A stretch of DNA of 64,000 bases from a virus (IMGVR_UViG_2531839366_000001:1-64000), one strand, 5' to 3'; positions 9,460 through 19,898 are shown, numbered from the stretch's first letter. Numbers and translations: made by a program. The notes: a model not told the origin generated them from the letters alone.

Positions 9460-10236
9460 TTTGATTTCATCATAAAAGAAATCATTTCCATTTGCTAGAG
9501 GTAAAATTCACATAATTTTATTATATTAACCAAAGAGGGCTAATGCTCTCTTTTTTATTTCTAATCAACTCAAAATTTTCGATAATTTTAAAAAACGCAT
9601 TATACAAATTATATATTATATATGCGATTAGATACAATTACGAGGCAGTTTTCTCTGGAGGATTTAATTAAATGAAAAAATGTTGTTTTTGTTCTTAGCT
9701 ACTATAGTCATACAACATATAAATAACTATTGATATGTAATTCTAATTTACATCATCTTTCATTGCTTTTTTATAAACCTTTAATAATTAAACTTGGTAA
9801 TAACATTAATCCAATGTTTATTTAAGATACACGGATAGCCTTAAAAAAGATGAGGGAGGTTATGTTTATTAAAATTATGGGGAAAAATAAAATAATATAT
9901 ATTAGAGGTTGGAAGACCAGATGGTAAGTCATTATCAATACCGATACTATATTTTTCAAAACGAACTGGAAGGACCTAGACGGAATAATAAAAGAGATTT
10001 TAAAACAACTAGTAGTTAGTCACGGACACTGGGATAAAAATAGATAAAGAATAAAAAATTCCTTAGGAAACATTAAGTCCTAGCTTTAAAAATATACAAG
10101 ATTGTTCTGCAAAGTTACATGATCTTATTAAACAAACATATTAGTTGCAAAAATGTACACAAACAACCTTAAAGTGTGCATATTTCTCAGCAATATGGTA
10201 TTATAATTATAAAAAACGATTAATTTTATTTAAGGA

Positions 10237-11367
10237 GTGGAAATCCCTGTGTATATGCGTACAGAGATATTAAAAATTATTGAAGGAGGGTTAGAACGGA
10301 ATCCTGAAAAAGTTAAAAGTTATGCTAAGTTAATTTCTGAAAAACTCCAAGAGCAGGGAGAAGAAAAGTTTGCGACAAGGATAACAAATTTATTAAATAA
10401 TAAATCAACACATCCTGTTTATTTAGATGAATTTATGACAAAACCTGTTGATCAAGATAGCAGATTTGATATGGTTGAGGTTTCGATGGCAGGGAAATTT
10501 AATGAAGAAATAATTTTGCCGGATATAACAAGATTGAAAATTGATAATTATATAGAGTCCCTGAAGGCCAGAGATAAATTTTTAGCACTAGGATTGGATA
10601 TACCAGAATCACTCTTACTTTATGGTCCACCTGGGTGCGGTAAAACAAGTATAGCTCATTATATTTCTGAACAAACAGAATTACCTCTAGTTACAGCTAA
10701 ATTAGATGGGTTAATTTCTTCTTTACTAGGTAGTACAGCTAAAAATATCAGGAAGATATTTGAATATGCACAAGAGCGACCATGTATTCTATTTTTAGAT
10801 GAATTTGATGCGATTGCCAAAGCTAGAGATGATTCACATGAAGTTGGAGAATTAAAAAGGGTAGTTAATAGTTTGTTACAAAACATTGATAAATTTAATA
10901 CCAATAGTATTCTTATTGCTGCTACAAACCATGAAAAATTGCTTGATCCAGCAGTATGGAGACGGTTTTCAAATGTTATAGAAATCCCTAAGCCTTCTCG
11001 GTTAGAAATAGAATCCTTATTAAAAATTCACCTCAGGGTTATTAAAACTAGCTTTTTAAAAGATAAAAAAAAGCTAAGAACTATTACAGATTTATTAATA
11101 GGCACATCTCCATCTGAAATTAAGGCCATTTGTTTTAATAGTGTAAAGCAAAGCATTTTAAAAGATGAAAAAACTATTTCGTATGCTACTTTTTTATGTC
11201 AGTTATATTTGAGTAAAGGGGATCATTATGACCAAGATGCTCTTGTGAAATTCTTGAATAAAAGTGGAGTTTCACAACTTAATATTTCACAAACATTGAT
11301 GATTTCTCAAAGGCAGGTAAGAAATATTTTAGAAGATAAAGGAGATGAACTACTAAATGAAAAATAA
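10237..11367 (+). CDS. ietA: AAA+ ATPase of an IetAS-type ATPase/protease pair
   Basis: Walker A GPPGCGKT, Walker B ILFLDEFD, AATNH, DPAVWRRF; overlaps the start of the S8 gene. Confidence 0.85.
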   Translation: MEIPVYMRTEILKIIEGGLERNPEKVKSYAKLISEKLQEQGEEKFATRITNLLNNKSTHPVYLDEFMTKPVDQDSRFDMVEVSMAGKFNEEIILPDITRLKIDNYIESLKARDKFLALGLDIPESLLLYGPPGCGKTSIAHYISEQTELPLVTAKLDGLISSLLGSTAKNIRKIFEYAQERPCILFLDEFDAIAKARDDSHEVGELKRVVNSLLQNIDKFNTNSILIAATNHEKLLDPAVWRRFSNVIEIPKPSRLEIESLLKIHLRVIKTSFLKDKKKLRTITDLLIGTSPSEIKAICFNSVKQSILKDEKTISYATFLCQLYLSKGDHYDQDALVKFLNKSGVSQLNISQTLMISQRQVRNILEDKGDELLNEK

Positions 11368-13726
11368 TAAAAATCTCCCCATCAAGGTTTTTGAAAGAAG
11401 GGAAAATGTAGACGAGAGATTTACAGAAGGAGGCGGAGGTAATCCTCCTAAATGGATTTTAAAGGGTGAAGAATTATATAAAAAATCAAGTATTTTATTA
11501 GAGGACTTAGATGCTACAGCATCGAAAATTGAAAAGAAATTTGAAAAATTCCATGAAGTACCTGCTATTATCAAAGCAAAAATTAATGAAGATGCTATAG
11601 CAAAAAGTCACAGGAAAGATTTAAATAAATTTTTAACTGCTGATAAGAATAATAATCGATTTATTGGAGTTTCTGGTGACCAAGAATTATTTATAAGAGT
11701 AGATAATTCTTATCAATTGGAAGAAATTAATCGGAATATTAAACAATATCAAAGACATGATAAAGCTATTTCAGGAATAGAAAGTATAGATTCCGTCGAA
11801 CCAGAAATAAGAATAAATACAATGGAATCTAAAAATGAAGGAAAGTATATCTTAAAAGTTAGACTTTTTGACTTTAATAATTATCAATTAAACACTTCGA
11901 TATTAAAAACATTTAAAAATTTAATTGATACTAATAAAAATATAAAATTTATTAAGACTGTTAAGTATACAGAGGAGTTATATTTGCATGAGGTATCTGT
12001 AGATTCACTGGATGCAGTAAAATCTTTTCACGATTTTAGTCCAATAATGTCAATTGAACCAATGCCTATAGTAGAGTTGGGTGAAGATGATTTTTTACCC
12101 AAAAGAAATATAGAGATACCAAAACCAAAAGATAATGTAAATTATCCAATTATAGGAATTTTAGATTCAGGTATTGCAGATATTACGCAATTACTTCCAT
12201 GGAAGTATGGGAAAAGGTATACAAATTATCCATCAGATGTATTGAATGTTTCTCATGGGACTTTTGTTGCAGGAATTATTAATTTTGGAGATATCTTCGA
12301 GGGGAAGGAATATACAGGTACATCAGGATTTAAGATATTAGATGCAGCTGTTGTACCAGATCAAAGAAAGGAAAATATTACGGAAGGTGATTTAATAAAC
12401 AATATACGAGAAGTAGTAGATATGCATGGAGATGATGTCAAGATTTGGAATCTGTCTGTAGGAACAAGATATGATTTTAAAGACACAGAGTTTTCTAATT
12501 TTGGAATTGCCTTAGATAGTATTCAAGATGAATATGATGTACTAATAGTAAAATCTGCTGGGAATTGTCGTAATTTTTTAGAGGGGAAACCTACGAATAA
12601 AATTACAGGTGGGGCGGATTCTATAAGAAGCTTAACTGTAGGATCAATAGCTCAATCAAAAAATGAATTTGATCTTGCTGAATATAATCATCCCTCTCCA
12701 TTCAGCAGGATTGGTCCTGGTCCAGTAAATATTATAAAACCTGAATTGGTTCATTATGGAGGAAATTGTGGTATAAAAGATGGGGAAATTATACCAAATG
12801 GTGTTAGTTCACTTAGTACTACTGGGGAATTAACAACTAAAACTGGTACTAGTTATTCTACCCCAAGGGTTGCTGCTATGGCAGCAGATTTAAATAGTAA
12901 ACTGAATGAGGATTTTGATTCTGTATTATTAAAAGCACTATTAACACATTCAGCTAAATATCCAGTTGAAGTTGAATTACCAATGAACGAAAAAATAAAT
13001 CAATTAGGATTTGGTATACCGGAAAAAGCTGAAGAAATTTTATACAATAACCCTCATGAAATTACCCTTATTTTGAGAGATACCCTGAATAAAGGAGAGT
13101 TTATCGAAATTTTAGATTTTCCTTTCCCATCCTGTCTAATTGATAATGGATATTATTTTGGACAGATTTCTTTAACAATTGTTAATAATCCTATTTTGGG
13201 GATTGGCCAGGGGCCTGAATATTGCCAGTCTGATATACAGGTTTATCTAGGTACATATGATGAGAAAAAGATAAGAGATACGTCTCTTCCAACCATAAAA
13301 AACCCGCTAGGAAGAGATGGTGGTAAAAATATATTAACATCTAGTATTTATAGCAAAAAAAAATTGAAAGATAAAGACCGTTTTGCTCGATCAGAAAAAA
13401 CTTTAGTTCAGTATGGGAATAAATTTTACCCTAATAAAAAATATGCAATAGATTTAAATGAGCTCACTCCAACCAATAGAGAAAGACATTTAAAGAGTTC
13501 TAAACATTGGTATTTAAAGTTAGAGGGGCTTTATAGGGATTTCATTGAGAATAAAGCTGAAAATGAACGAATGGAATTATCACAAGAATTTTGTGTTATC
13601 ATTACAATTAAAGATCCTTCCCAAAAACAACCAGTGTATGATGAGGTTTCTAAATTACTTGAACATTATAATTTTATACATAGAAATATTAAAGTTAGAC
13701 AGGATATTAATATTTCGCTAGATTAA
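11357..13726 (+). CDS. ietS: Subtilisin-like S8 serine protease (IetS type)
   Basis: Catalytic triad ILDSG / HGTFVAG / GTSYSTP; no signal peptide; coupled to the AAA gene. Confidence 0.85.
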   Translation: MKNNKNLPIKVFERRENVDERFTEGGGGNPPKWILKGEELYKKSSILLEDLDATASKIEKKFEKFHEVPAIIKAKINEDAIAKSHRKDLNKFLTADKNNNRFIGVSGDQELFIRVDNSYQLEEINRNIKQYQRHDKAISGIESIDSVEPEIRINTMESKNEGKYILKVRLFDFNNYQLNTSILKTFKNLIDTNKNIKFIKTVKYTEELYLHEVSVDSLDAVKSFHDFSPIMSIEPMPIVELGEDDFLPKRNIEIPKPKDNVNYPIIGILDSGIADITQLLPWKYGKRYTNYPSDVLNVSHGTFVAGIINFGDIFEGKEYTGTSGFKILDAAVVPDQRKENITEGDLINNIREVVDMHGDDVKIWNLSVGTRYDFKDTEFSNFGIALDSIQDEYDVLIVKSAGNCRNFLEGKPTNKITGGADSIRSLTVGSIAQSKNEFDLAEYNHPSPFSRIGPGPVNIIKPELVHYGGNCGIKDGEIIPNGVSSLSTTGELTTKTGTSYSTPRVAAMAADLNSKLNEDFDSVLLKALLTHSAKYPVEVELPMNEKINQLGFGIPEKAEEILYNNPHEITLILRDTLNKGEFIEILDFPFPSCLIDNGYYFGQISLTIVNNPILGIGQGPEYCQSDIQVYLGTYDEKKIRDTSLPTIKNPLGRDGGKNILTSSIYSKKKLKDKDRFARSEKTLVQYGNKFYPNKKYAIDLNELTPTNRERHLKSSKHWYLKLEGLYRDFIENKAENERMELSQEFCVIITIKDPSQKQPVYDEVSKLLEHYNFIHRNIKVRQDINISLD

Positions 13727-13832
13727 TAGCTATATTTACTTAGTTGTAGCATGAAGTTTTTTTATGGGATGTCCTAAACTTTCATGTTAGGAGGTACTTG
13801 ATATTAATAAAAAATTAGAATTACTTAAAGAG

Positions 13833-14543
13833 ATGTATTATTTCGAATTGGAACAAAAAGAAAAAATAAACAATAGAATTACTATACCAATGGGAGTTAT
13901 AACTCTTTTAGCAGGTCTGGCGGTATATTATTTTAAGGGTCTTAGCAATATTGAATTAAGTATATGGGGATGGGCGTTCTTTGCTATCTATGGTAGTTAT
14001 ATAATGACAATATTTATTGCTATTAGATTGGTTTTCAAGGCCTATTATAACTATAAATATTCCTATCTTCCTAGACCAGATATTATTGAAAATGATATTA
14101 CTGCTATAATTAATTATTATGATTCTAATTATGAGCAGTATTTTAGTCAAGATGGGTCAAAAGAAGAGTTAATTGAAAAAGATATAAATAATGCAGTATA
14201 TTCCTACTATAAAAATTCTACAAGTAGTAATATAGGGATGAACGAAAGAAAGCTTAAGTATTTACGTTATGCTGGAAATACCTTATTAATTGCAATATTT
14301 TTGGCTGCACTATCTATTATACCGTACCAATTTTCAATAAAAGAAAATAAAGAAATAAAGGTAGAAGTAAAGCAATTTAATGAGATTTCAAAAAAGATAG
14401 AAGAGGGAGTTAAGAAAATGGGTCAAACATCCAATACTAATCAAAATAATAATCCTGCACCACCACCTAAACCACAACCATCTGAACCAAGAGTAGTTCC
14501 CGAAGAATTTGATGGTAGTAATTTGACAGAAAGTAATAAATAA
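13833..14543 (+). CDS. Multi-TM membrane protein with a Pro-rich C-terminal tail that has its own RBS/ATG
   Basis: About 3 hydrophobic segments; tail MGQTSNTNQNNNPAPPPKPQPSEPRVVPEEF starts at ATG 14418. Confidence 0.75.
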   Translation: MYYFELEQKEKINNRITIPMGVITLLAGLAVYYFKGLSNIELSIWGWAFFAIYGSYIMTIFIAIRLVFKAYYNYKYSYLPRPDIIENDITAIINYYDSNYEQYFSQDGSKEELIEKDINNAVYSYYKNSTSSNIGMNERKLKYLRYAGNTLLIAIFLAALSIIPYQFSIKENKEIKVEVKQFNEISKKIEEGVKKMGQTSNTNQNNNPAPPPKPQPSEPRVVPEEFDGSNLTESNK

Positions 14544-14656
14544 AATTTAACATCAAATAAAAAAACGTTCACTTTGTGACGTTTTTTTATTTGATAATTG
14601 GATAGGCTTTTGTATATTTTAAATTTCTTTTTAAACAACTTTACTACCAATACAAA

Positions 14657-14930
14657 CTAAACTTTATTGCAAACTTGCTTGTATACTTCTGCATATGACA
14701 ACTTCAATTGTCTTCCAATTTTTGATTTTTTTATTTTCGAAGATGCAACAAGGGCATCCTTGTTGTTTTCATCCATTTTGCGTTTTATCTGTTTTGGTGT
14801 AGACACTTGAGATTGTTGATCCCGTAATGGTTCAATTCTCAAACAGAGGTCCTTATTGTTATATAGGGTTGCTTTTGATACATCAGCTTTACTGGATACA
14901 CTATTAAAGTTAATTTTTTATTGTATTTCT
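14657..14930 (-). pseudogene. Tn554 TnpC-like/DUF6262 transposase-accessory remnant
   Basis: The frame extends upstream as NFNSVSSKADVSKATLYNNKDLCLRIEPLRDQQ; the product is truncated and no partner recombinase is present. Confidence 0.6.
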
Positions 14931-14952
14931 CAATAACCACTACACACAAGCG

Positions 14953-15043
14953 TGCTACAATGATGGTAGATGGTAGTCCAATACATATTATTAAAATTAA
15001 GATGGTTCAAGTCGGAGGAAGGCACCTTAGGGTGTCTTTTTTT
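14953..15043 (+). ncRNA. Copy A of a repeated promoter-to-terminator unit (candidate sRNA)
   Basis: Extended -10 TGcTACAAT, conserved core ccaatacatattattaaaattaagatggttcaagtcggaggaagg, hairpin ggcacc-ttag-ggtgtc followed by a T run. Confidence 0.5.
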
Positions 15044-15099
15044 ACGGTAAGGTACCAATTTTTTCTTTGTCTCGTTTGGTGAGAAATTTTACATTTTGT

Positions 15100-15210
15100 A
15101 ACAATATACAAAGGGCTTATGAGGAGCTTGATGGACGTCAGCAAGGTCCTTTCGCTAAGCAAGTTTCTTTGTACGTGGAAATGCTGCAAAACAACAAAGA
15201 TATTCTATGA
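15100..15210 (+). pseudogene. Orphan 3' end of a paralogue of the 9112..9459 HTH gene
   Basis: Encodes NNIQRAYEELDGRQQGPFAKQVSLYVEMLQNNKDIL*, versus NDVQRAYEELDGRQQGRFAKQIAVYVKMLRDNKDIL* in the intact gene. Confidence 0.85.
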
Positions 15211-15437
15211 TGAAAATTTCATGTTGTGCTTCTGTTGCTTTCAACATAAAAGAAAATTTTTTCAATGTATAGAGGTAAAATTTAGTATAATTTTACACAT
15301 TTTGACCAATTTATCCAGTGAGAGCTTAGGCCCTCTTTTTTTTATTTTCATTCGACAAAATATGACAAAATAGTTGTAACTGTTTCTGTTATGATGGTTT
15401 CGGAAATCTTACATTTTACATAACTGGAGGAAACATA

Positions 15438-15965
15438 ATGTATAAAAAAATGGGTACAATCGTTTTAACTGGAGCGCTTGCTTTAAGTTTATCGGCATGT
15501 AGTGAAACTGAAGAAACTGCAAAAAAGGTATCGAATGATACTAAAACAGAACAAGCAACTGAAAAGAAAGAAGAAAAGAAAGAATTTAAAATTGGTGAAA
15601 TGATTCAACTTGGAGACCACAAATTAACTGTCACAAATATTGAAAAGTCTCCAGGTGGAGAATTTGATAAACCTAAAGATGGACATGAATTTTTAATCGC
15701 TAATGTAACTATAGAAAATGGTGGTAAGGAAGAAATAAGTTATAATCCTTTCGATTTTAGCTTACAAAACAGTGAAGGGAATATTGTAGATCAAGCATTC
15801 ACTACAGTTAACCAAGATACTGTATTGAATTCCGGAAAACTTGCACCAAACGGAAAAATTTCTGGAACTATCGCTTTCGAATCAAAACAAGGAGATCCTA
15901 AGCTTCAATTAATCTTCAAACCAAATTTCTTATCTAAAAAAGAAATTCGAATAAATCTTCAATAG
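15438..15965 (+). CDS. DUF4352-type lipoprotein
   Basis: Lipobox LSAC; beta-rich domain with NPFDFSLQNSEG and G.LAPNGKISG.IAF. A Spo0A-box-like TTCGACA lies at 15351. Confidence 0.8.
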   Translation: MYKKMGTIVLTGALALSLSACSETEETAKKVSNDTKTEQATEKKEEKKEFKIGEMIQLGDHKLTVTNIEKSPGGEFDKPKDGHEFLIANVTIENGGKEEISYNPFDFSLQNSEGNIVDQAFTTVNQDTVLNSGKLAPNGKISGTIAFESKQGDPKLQLIFKPNFLSKKEIRINLQ

Positions 15966-15989
15966 TAAATTAGAAATGGAGTTATAACT

Positions 15990-16334
15990 ATGAAACGAAC
16001 AACTGAATTTGTATTAGGTCTTATCGGTGGTATTTTCGGTATTATTAGTGCATTTATCGCTTTAATGATCGGCGGTATGGGAGCTGCGTTTGAAGCTGAA
16101 GGTGCAGACAGCATCATTGGTTTAGGTTGGGGAGCTGTTGCTCTATCAATCTTAGGAATTGTCGGCTGCGTAGTAGTTAAAAAGAATGCTAAAGTTGGCG
16201 GTATCATGATGACAGTTGCTGCTATTGGTGGATTCATCTGTATCTCTATCGTTTACTTATTACCAGGAGTATTATTATTAATTGGTGGATTAATGGGCAT
16301 CTTCCGTAAGGATAAAGCTGTTGTATCTGCATAA
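15990..16334 (+). CDS. DUF4064-type small membrane protein
   Basis: MKRTTEFVLGLIGGIFG start; several Gly-rich TM helices. Confidence 0.75.
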   Translation: MKRTTEFVLGLIGGIFGIISAFIALMIGGMGAAFEAEGADSIIGLGWGAVALSILGIVGCVVVKKNAKVGGIMMTVAAIGGFICISIVYLLPGVLLLIGGLMGIFRKDKAVVSA

Positions 16335-16393
16335 AATGAGCACTCGAAAGAGTGCTTTTATTTATGAATTAATACAAAAAAGGGGATTAAAAA

Positions 16394-17101
16394 GTGAAGC
16401 TTACTTTATTTACAATATCTAACGAACAAATTAAAGAATCGCTAAACAAGTTACAAACAAAGGTTGAATCTTTAGAAACTGTGAAAGAGGTACAAGATAA
16501 AATAATCGCAACGAAAGATAGCCAAATATCTTTTTTAAGTGACCAAACCGGAAATATGTTATCATATATTTCTTTAATTGCTACAATTGCCGGGATATTC
16601 GCGTCTGGAGCGTTTATTTATATTTCATATGTGAATCGAAAATCACAAGAAATAATAAAACTATCCGAAGAACGTATACATGCTGCTGAAGAGCAAAACC
16701 AAAGAGCACAAGAAAGAATTAATGAAGCTAAACAACAAATACAACAAGCAAATTCTATTTCGAAGTTAGCTCAAGATAAATTAGATGAATTAGAACTAAA
16801 ACAAAAAATTAATATGAAATTTAGCAATATAAAAACATCTTTAGATTTAGTCAAAGAACGTCACATTATCGACAAAGGATTTTGCAAACCAGATTATATA
16901 GATGATTTTAACTATTTTACAAAAAATTTACCACATAAAGAAGCTAAGTATCGAGGGCTATTTACTGATATCAGCAACAAAATAATCAAAAATGAAACCA
17001 TTACAGAAGAAGATATTAAAAGTATCGAATTACTAGAAAAAGATACAGTAGAATTCGTTAGTGAATACAGCCTACTTATTAGTAAATATGGCGTTTTCTA
17101 A
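16394..17101 (+). CDS. Coiled-coil, single-TM hypothetical protein
   Basis: GTG start with RBS AAGGGG; TM YISLIATIAGIFASGAFIYI flanked by coiled coils. Confidence 0.7.
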   Translation: MKLTLFTISNEQIKESLNKLQTKVESLETVKEVQDKIIATKDSQISFLSDQTGNMLSYISLIATIAGIFASGAFIYISYVNRKSQEIIKLSEERIHAAEEQNQRAQERINEAKQQIQQANSISKLAQDKLDELELKQKINMKFSNIKTSLDLVKERHIIDKGFCKPDYIDDFNYFTKNLPHKEAKYRGLFTDISNKIIKNETITEEDIKSIELLEKDTVEFVSEYSLLISKYGVF

Positions 17102-17177
17102 AATACACATAAAAATCATTAATTTTTATAAAACAAAGATTTGAATTATATTTCTCAATGACCAATATTACTTAACA

Positions 17178-17266
17178 TGGTAAAATAATATATGGATGGG
17201 AGTCCAATACATATTATTAAAATTAAGATGGTTCAAGTCGGAGGAAGGCACCTTAGGGTGTCTTTT
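17178..17266 (+). ncRNA. Copy B of the repeated promoter-to-terminator unit
   Basis: TGgTAAAAT followed by the same core and hairpin as copy A. Confidence 0.5.
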
Positions 17267-17525
17267 AATTATGAAATGTACATTAAATTAATTAAACTTT
17301 ATAAGCAGATGTAGTAAAATAAGATCGGGTGGGAACCCAGATATATTTGTGCTGTAAGAAAAGTCTTATGTAAATCAAGTAGAGAGAGGCACTTTGAAGG
17401 CGGTGCCTTTTCTTTATTTTCAAAAGGACCTGCTCAATTCATACGTAAAAACATAAAGTAAAATGAATCCGTTAAAATACATGAGTGCCCCTTGTTTTCC
17501 CCTCCTATCTAAAGGAGGAACTATT

Positions 17526-17636
17526 ATGGGATTTGGTGGTAGTTGCGGCGGTGGCTGCGGTTTTGCTGGAGGATTTGCTTTATTAGTTGTATTATTTATT
17601 TTATTAATCATTGTTGGAGCTTCTTGCTTCTGCTAA
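17526..17636 (+). CDS. yjcZ: YjcZ/SscA family small sporulation protein, copy 1
   Basis: MGFGGSCGGGCGFAGGFALLVVLFILLIIVGASCFC; RBS AAAGGAGG; the F(A)L(L/I)VVLFILLIIVG signature. Confidence 0.9.
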   Translation: MGFGGSCGGGCGFAGGFALLVVLFILLIIVGASCFC

Positions 17637-17701
17637 AAAACTATCGGAAAAGACACTCTTATATGGACTTATCCCCGTCAAGTAGACAACTGTAAAAAAG
17701 A

Positions 17702-18590
17702 CTATGCAGCCATCGAAATTCGATATTCGATCGGAGCTCGATGATTGAGTCGTTTTTGGAATCGTTTGTAGTTATAATGATAGATGTATGTTTCAATTGC
17801 TTGAATTAGTTCTCCCTTTGTTTGATAGTCATTAAGATAAAACATTTCAGATTTAAAATGAGAGAAGAATGATTCAATGCAAGCATTGTCATGGCAGTTT
17901 CCTTTGCGGGAATGGCTGCCGATGGCGCCTAGCTGTTGAAGCATACGATAATAAGCAGGAGATGTATATTGGAATCCTTGATCTGAGTGGATGATGGTTC
18001 CATACACATCTCTTTTTTGTGTTGCTAAATCTAATGTTTTTAGAACAAGTTGTAAATCATTGCGATGTGAGAGTTTCCAAGCAACGATTTCATTATTGTA
18101 AAGGTCTTGAACGACCGATAAATAGAGAAATTTATCTTTGAATGGCAAATAAGTGATATCTGTGACAAGTACCTCATTTTGTTTGCGGTTTTGGAATTGT
18201 CGCTCTACTACATTTGGGAAAATCTTTGAGGATCTCCCTTTGAAAAAGCGTCGCTTTTTACGGATAATCGATTGAATGTGAAGCTCTCGCATAAGTCTAT
18301 ATACTTTTTTGTGGTTCACGAAAAATCCAGCCTCTCGTAAGGCGATTGTCATGCGAGGATAACCGTATTCCTTGTGTTTTATGTGAATTGCTTGAATCTG
18401 TTCATGCAATATATTATCCTTTGAAAGGCGTAATTGCCTTTGACTACATGTTGAACGCCACTTATAGTAGCTAGAGCGATTTAACTGCGCAATGACGACA
18501 AGCCAGGTTACTTTGTACCGAGAACGTAGTTCTTCAATAATCTCGTACTTAGCCGTTTGAGCAAGAACACCTCCTATAGATTTGGATACT
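17702..18590 (-). CDS. IS3 OrfB DDE transposase (frameshift-fused to OrfA)
   Basis: YGYPR, TDITY, HSDQG, DNACIESFF motifs; the frame stays open upstream of ATG 18409 towards an AAAAAAG slippery site near 18592-18598. Confidence 0.85.
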
Positions 18591-18897
18591 GCTTTTTTAA
18601 GTAAGCCACTTGCGCCTTGTAGTATTCCAATTCTTCTTCCATACTATCGAACTTCGTACGAGGCCGACCTTTTAAGAGGTTTTTTAAGCCGCTATTACCA
18701 CCATTTTGCCCCCGCAAGTCTGAAATATCACCTGTTTCTTGATATTTCCGGACCCAATTCATTAACTGTGTTCTACTTCTAAGCTTATATTTCTTCGCTA
18801 TAGCTGATTGGCTACCCTCACCATTTAAATAACTTTTTACAACTTGTATCTTTAATTTATCTGAATAAGTTTGAAATTTATCCCCTTTTTTAACCAT
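18574..18897 (-). CDS. IS3 OrfA (HTH)
   Basis: Start ATG 18897 with RBS GGAGGGG; ends YLKKQYPNL. Confidence 0.85.
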   Translation of the reverse strand: MVKKGDKFQTYSDKLKIQVVKSYLNGEGSQSAIAKKYKLRSRTQLMNWVRKYQETGDISDLRGQNGGNSGLKNLLKGRPRTKFDSMEEELEYYKAQVAYLKKQYPNL

Positions 18898-19316
18898 AAT
18901 AAAATCCCCTCCAAGTAAAAGTGTAACATCCATGTGTATTCATGGTCTTTTTACACTGTCTACCTTAAGGGGATAATATCATATATGAGTGTCTTTTCTT
19001 TATGGGGTACTGACGGCAAAACGCGGATTTTATACGCTAAGAATATACAGGATTTCATGCAGGCTACGAGAACGGTTTGAACTGCCAAATTCTGTTGTGA
19101 CAGGAATGTATGAAATCTTGCATACAGAAAGGGAACGGAAAGCTAGAAAACTCTTGGTATGAATGGATTTCGGGGATTTGGTTACTACTGATAATGATGC
19201 GTTATGTTAACCGCATATGTATAGAATATACATCAAAAAATGTACGACTTATTCTAATTTCTTCGTGATAGAATATAAATAATCCATATTTTAACAAAAT
19301 ATAAGGAGGAAAGCTT

Positions 19317-19898
19317 TTGTATAAAAAACTTAGAAAATACCTTATATTAGGTTCCCTAATTCTTATCATTAGTGGCTGCTCAATTTCAAAAGGATACGAC
19401 ACACAACAAGAAGCATTAAAACAAGGATTAAAAACAACAAATAATACAGAACTAGATAAATATAATGCTCTAAAACATATTATAAAAATAGATGGAAAAA
19501 TAGCCTTTTTTGTTACACCTGAAAATTACATTTCAATAGCAGATTTAGAAATAGAAAATGGGAAATGGACTGTTAGTGGGATAACAGGAGCAACAAATGT
19601 AAGTGAGTTAGAAGTACAAGATTCTGGTATATCACCTACTATGGGAATATCAAATGGAAAAGTTATTTCTGGTTATCTTAAGAACCCATCTATTAGCAAG
19701 GTATCATATGAATCTACCCCAGGACATATTGTAGATTTGGATAAATTCTTACCAAATGAAACAAAGTATAAAGGATGGAGTTTATGGTACGTGATCCTTC
19801 CTAATAAACTAGATGATGATTTAAAGTCTTTTGATCCTATTACGACTGTTTTAGAATTTAAAGATACAAATGGCACTATTATAAAATATAAGAACTGA
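19317..19898 (+). CDS. Hypothetical lipoprotein
   Basis: Basic N-terminus, hydrophobic stretch and lipobox ISGC. Confidence 0.75.
   Translation: MYKKLRKYLILGSLILIISGCSISKGYDTQQEALKQGLKTTNNTELDKYNALKHIIKIDGKIAFFVTPENYISIADLEIENGKWTVSGITGATNVSELEVQDSGISPTMGISNGKVISGYLKNPSISKVSYESTPGHIVDLDKFLPNETKYKGWSLWYVILPNKLDDDLKSFDPITTVLEFKDTNGTIIKYKN

Larger units (their letters stand above)
17664..18981 (-). mobile_element. IS3-family (IS150-like) insertion sequence, 1318 bp, with 4-bp TATA target duplication
   Basis: TG...CA ends; imperfect IRs tggacttatccccgtcaagtagacaactgtaaaaaagac and its complement at 18945-18981; TATA at 17660-17663 and 18982-18985. Confidence 0.9.

Noticed and set aside
8355-10236. 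Arbitrium (aimR/aimP) or Rap/Phr system near the switch
   Set aside because: No TPR receptor gene and no signal-peptide-bearing propeptide found.
15007-15373. ORFs 15007..15189 and 15119..15373 as genes
   Set aside because: They are off-frame readings of the repeat unit and the HTH remnant.
19010-19205. Possible gene after the IS
   Set aside because: Only stop-interrupted fragments; cannot assign a product.
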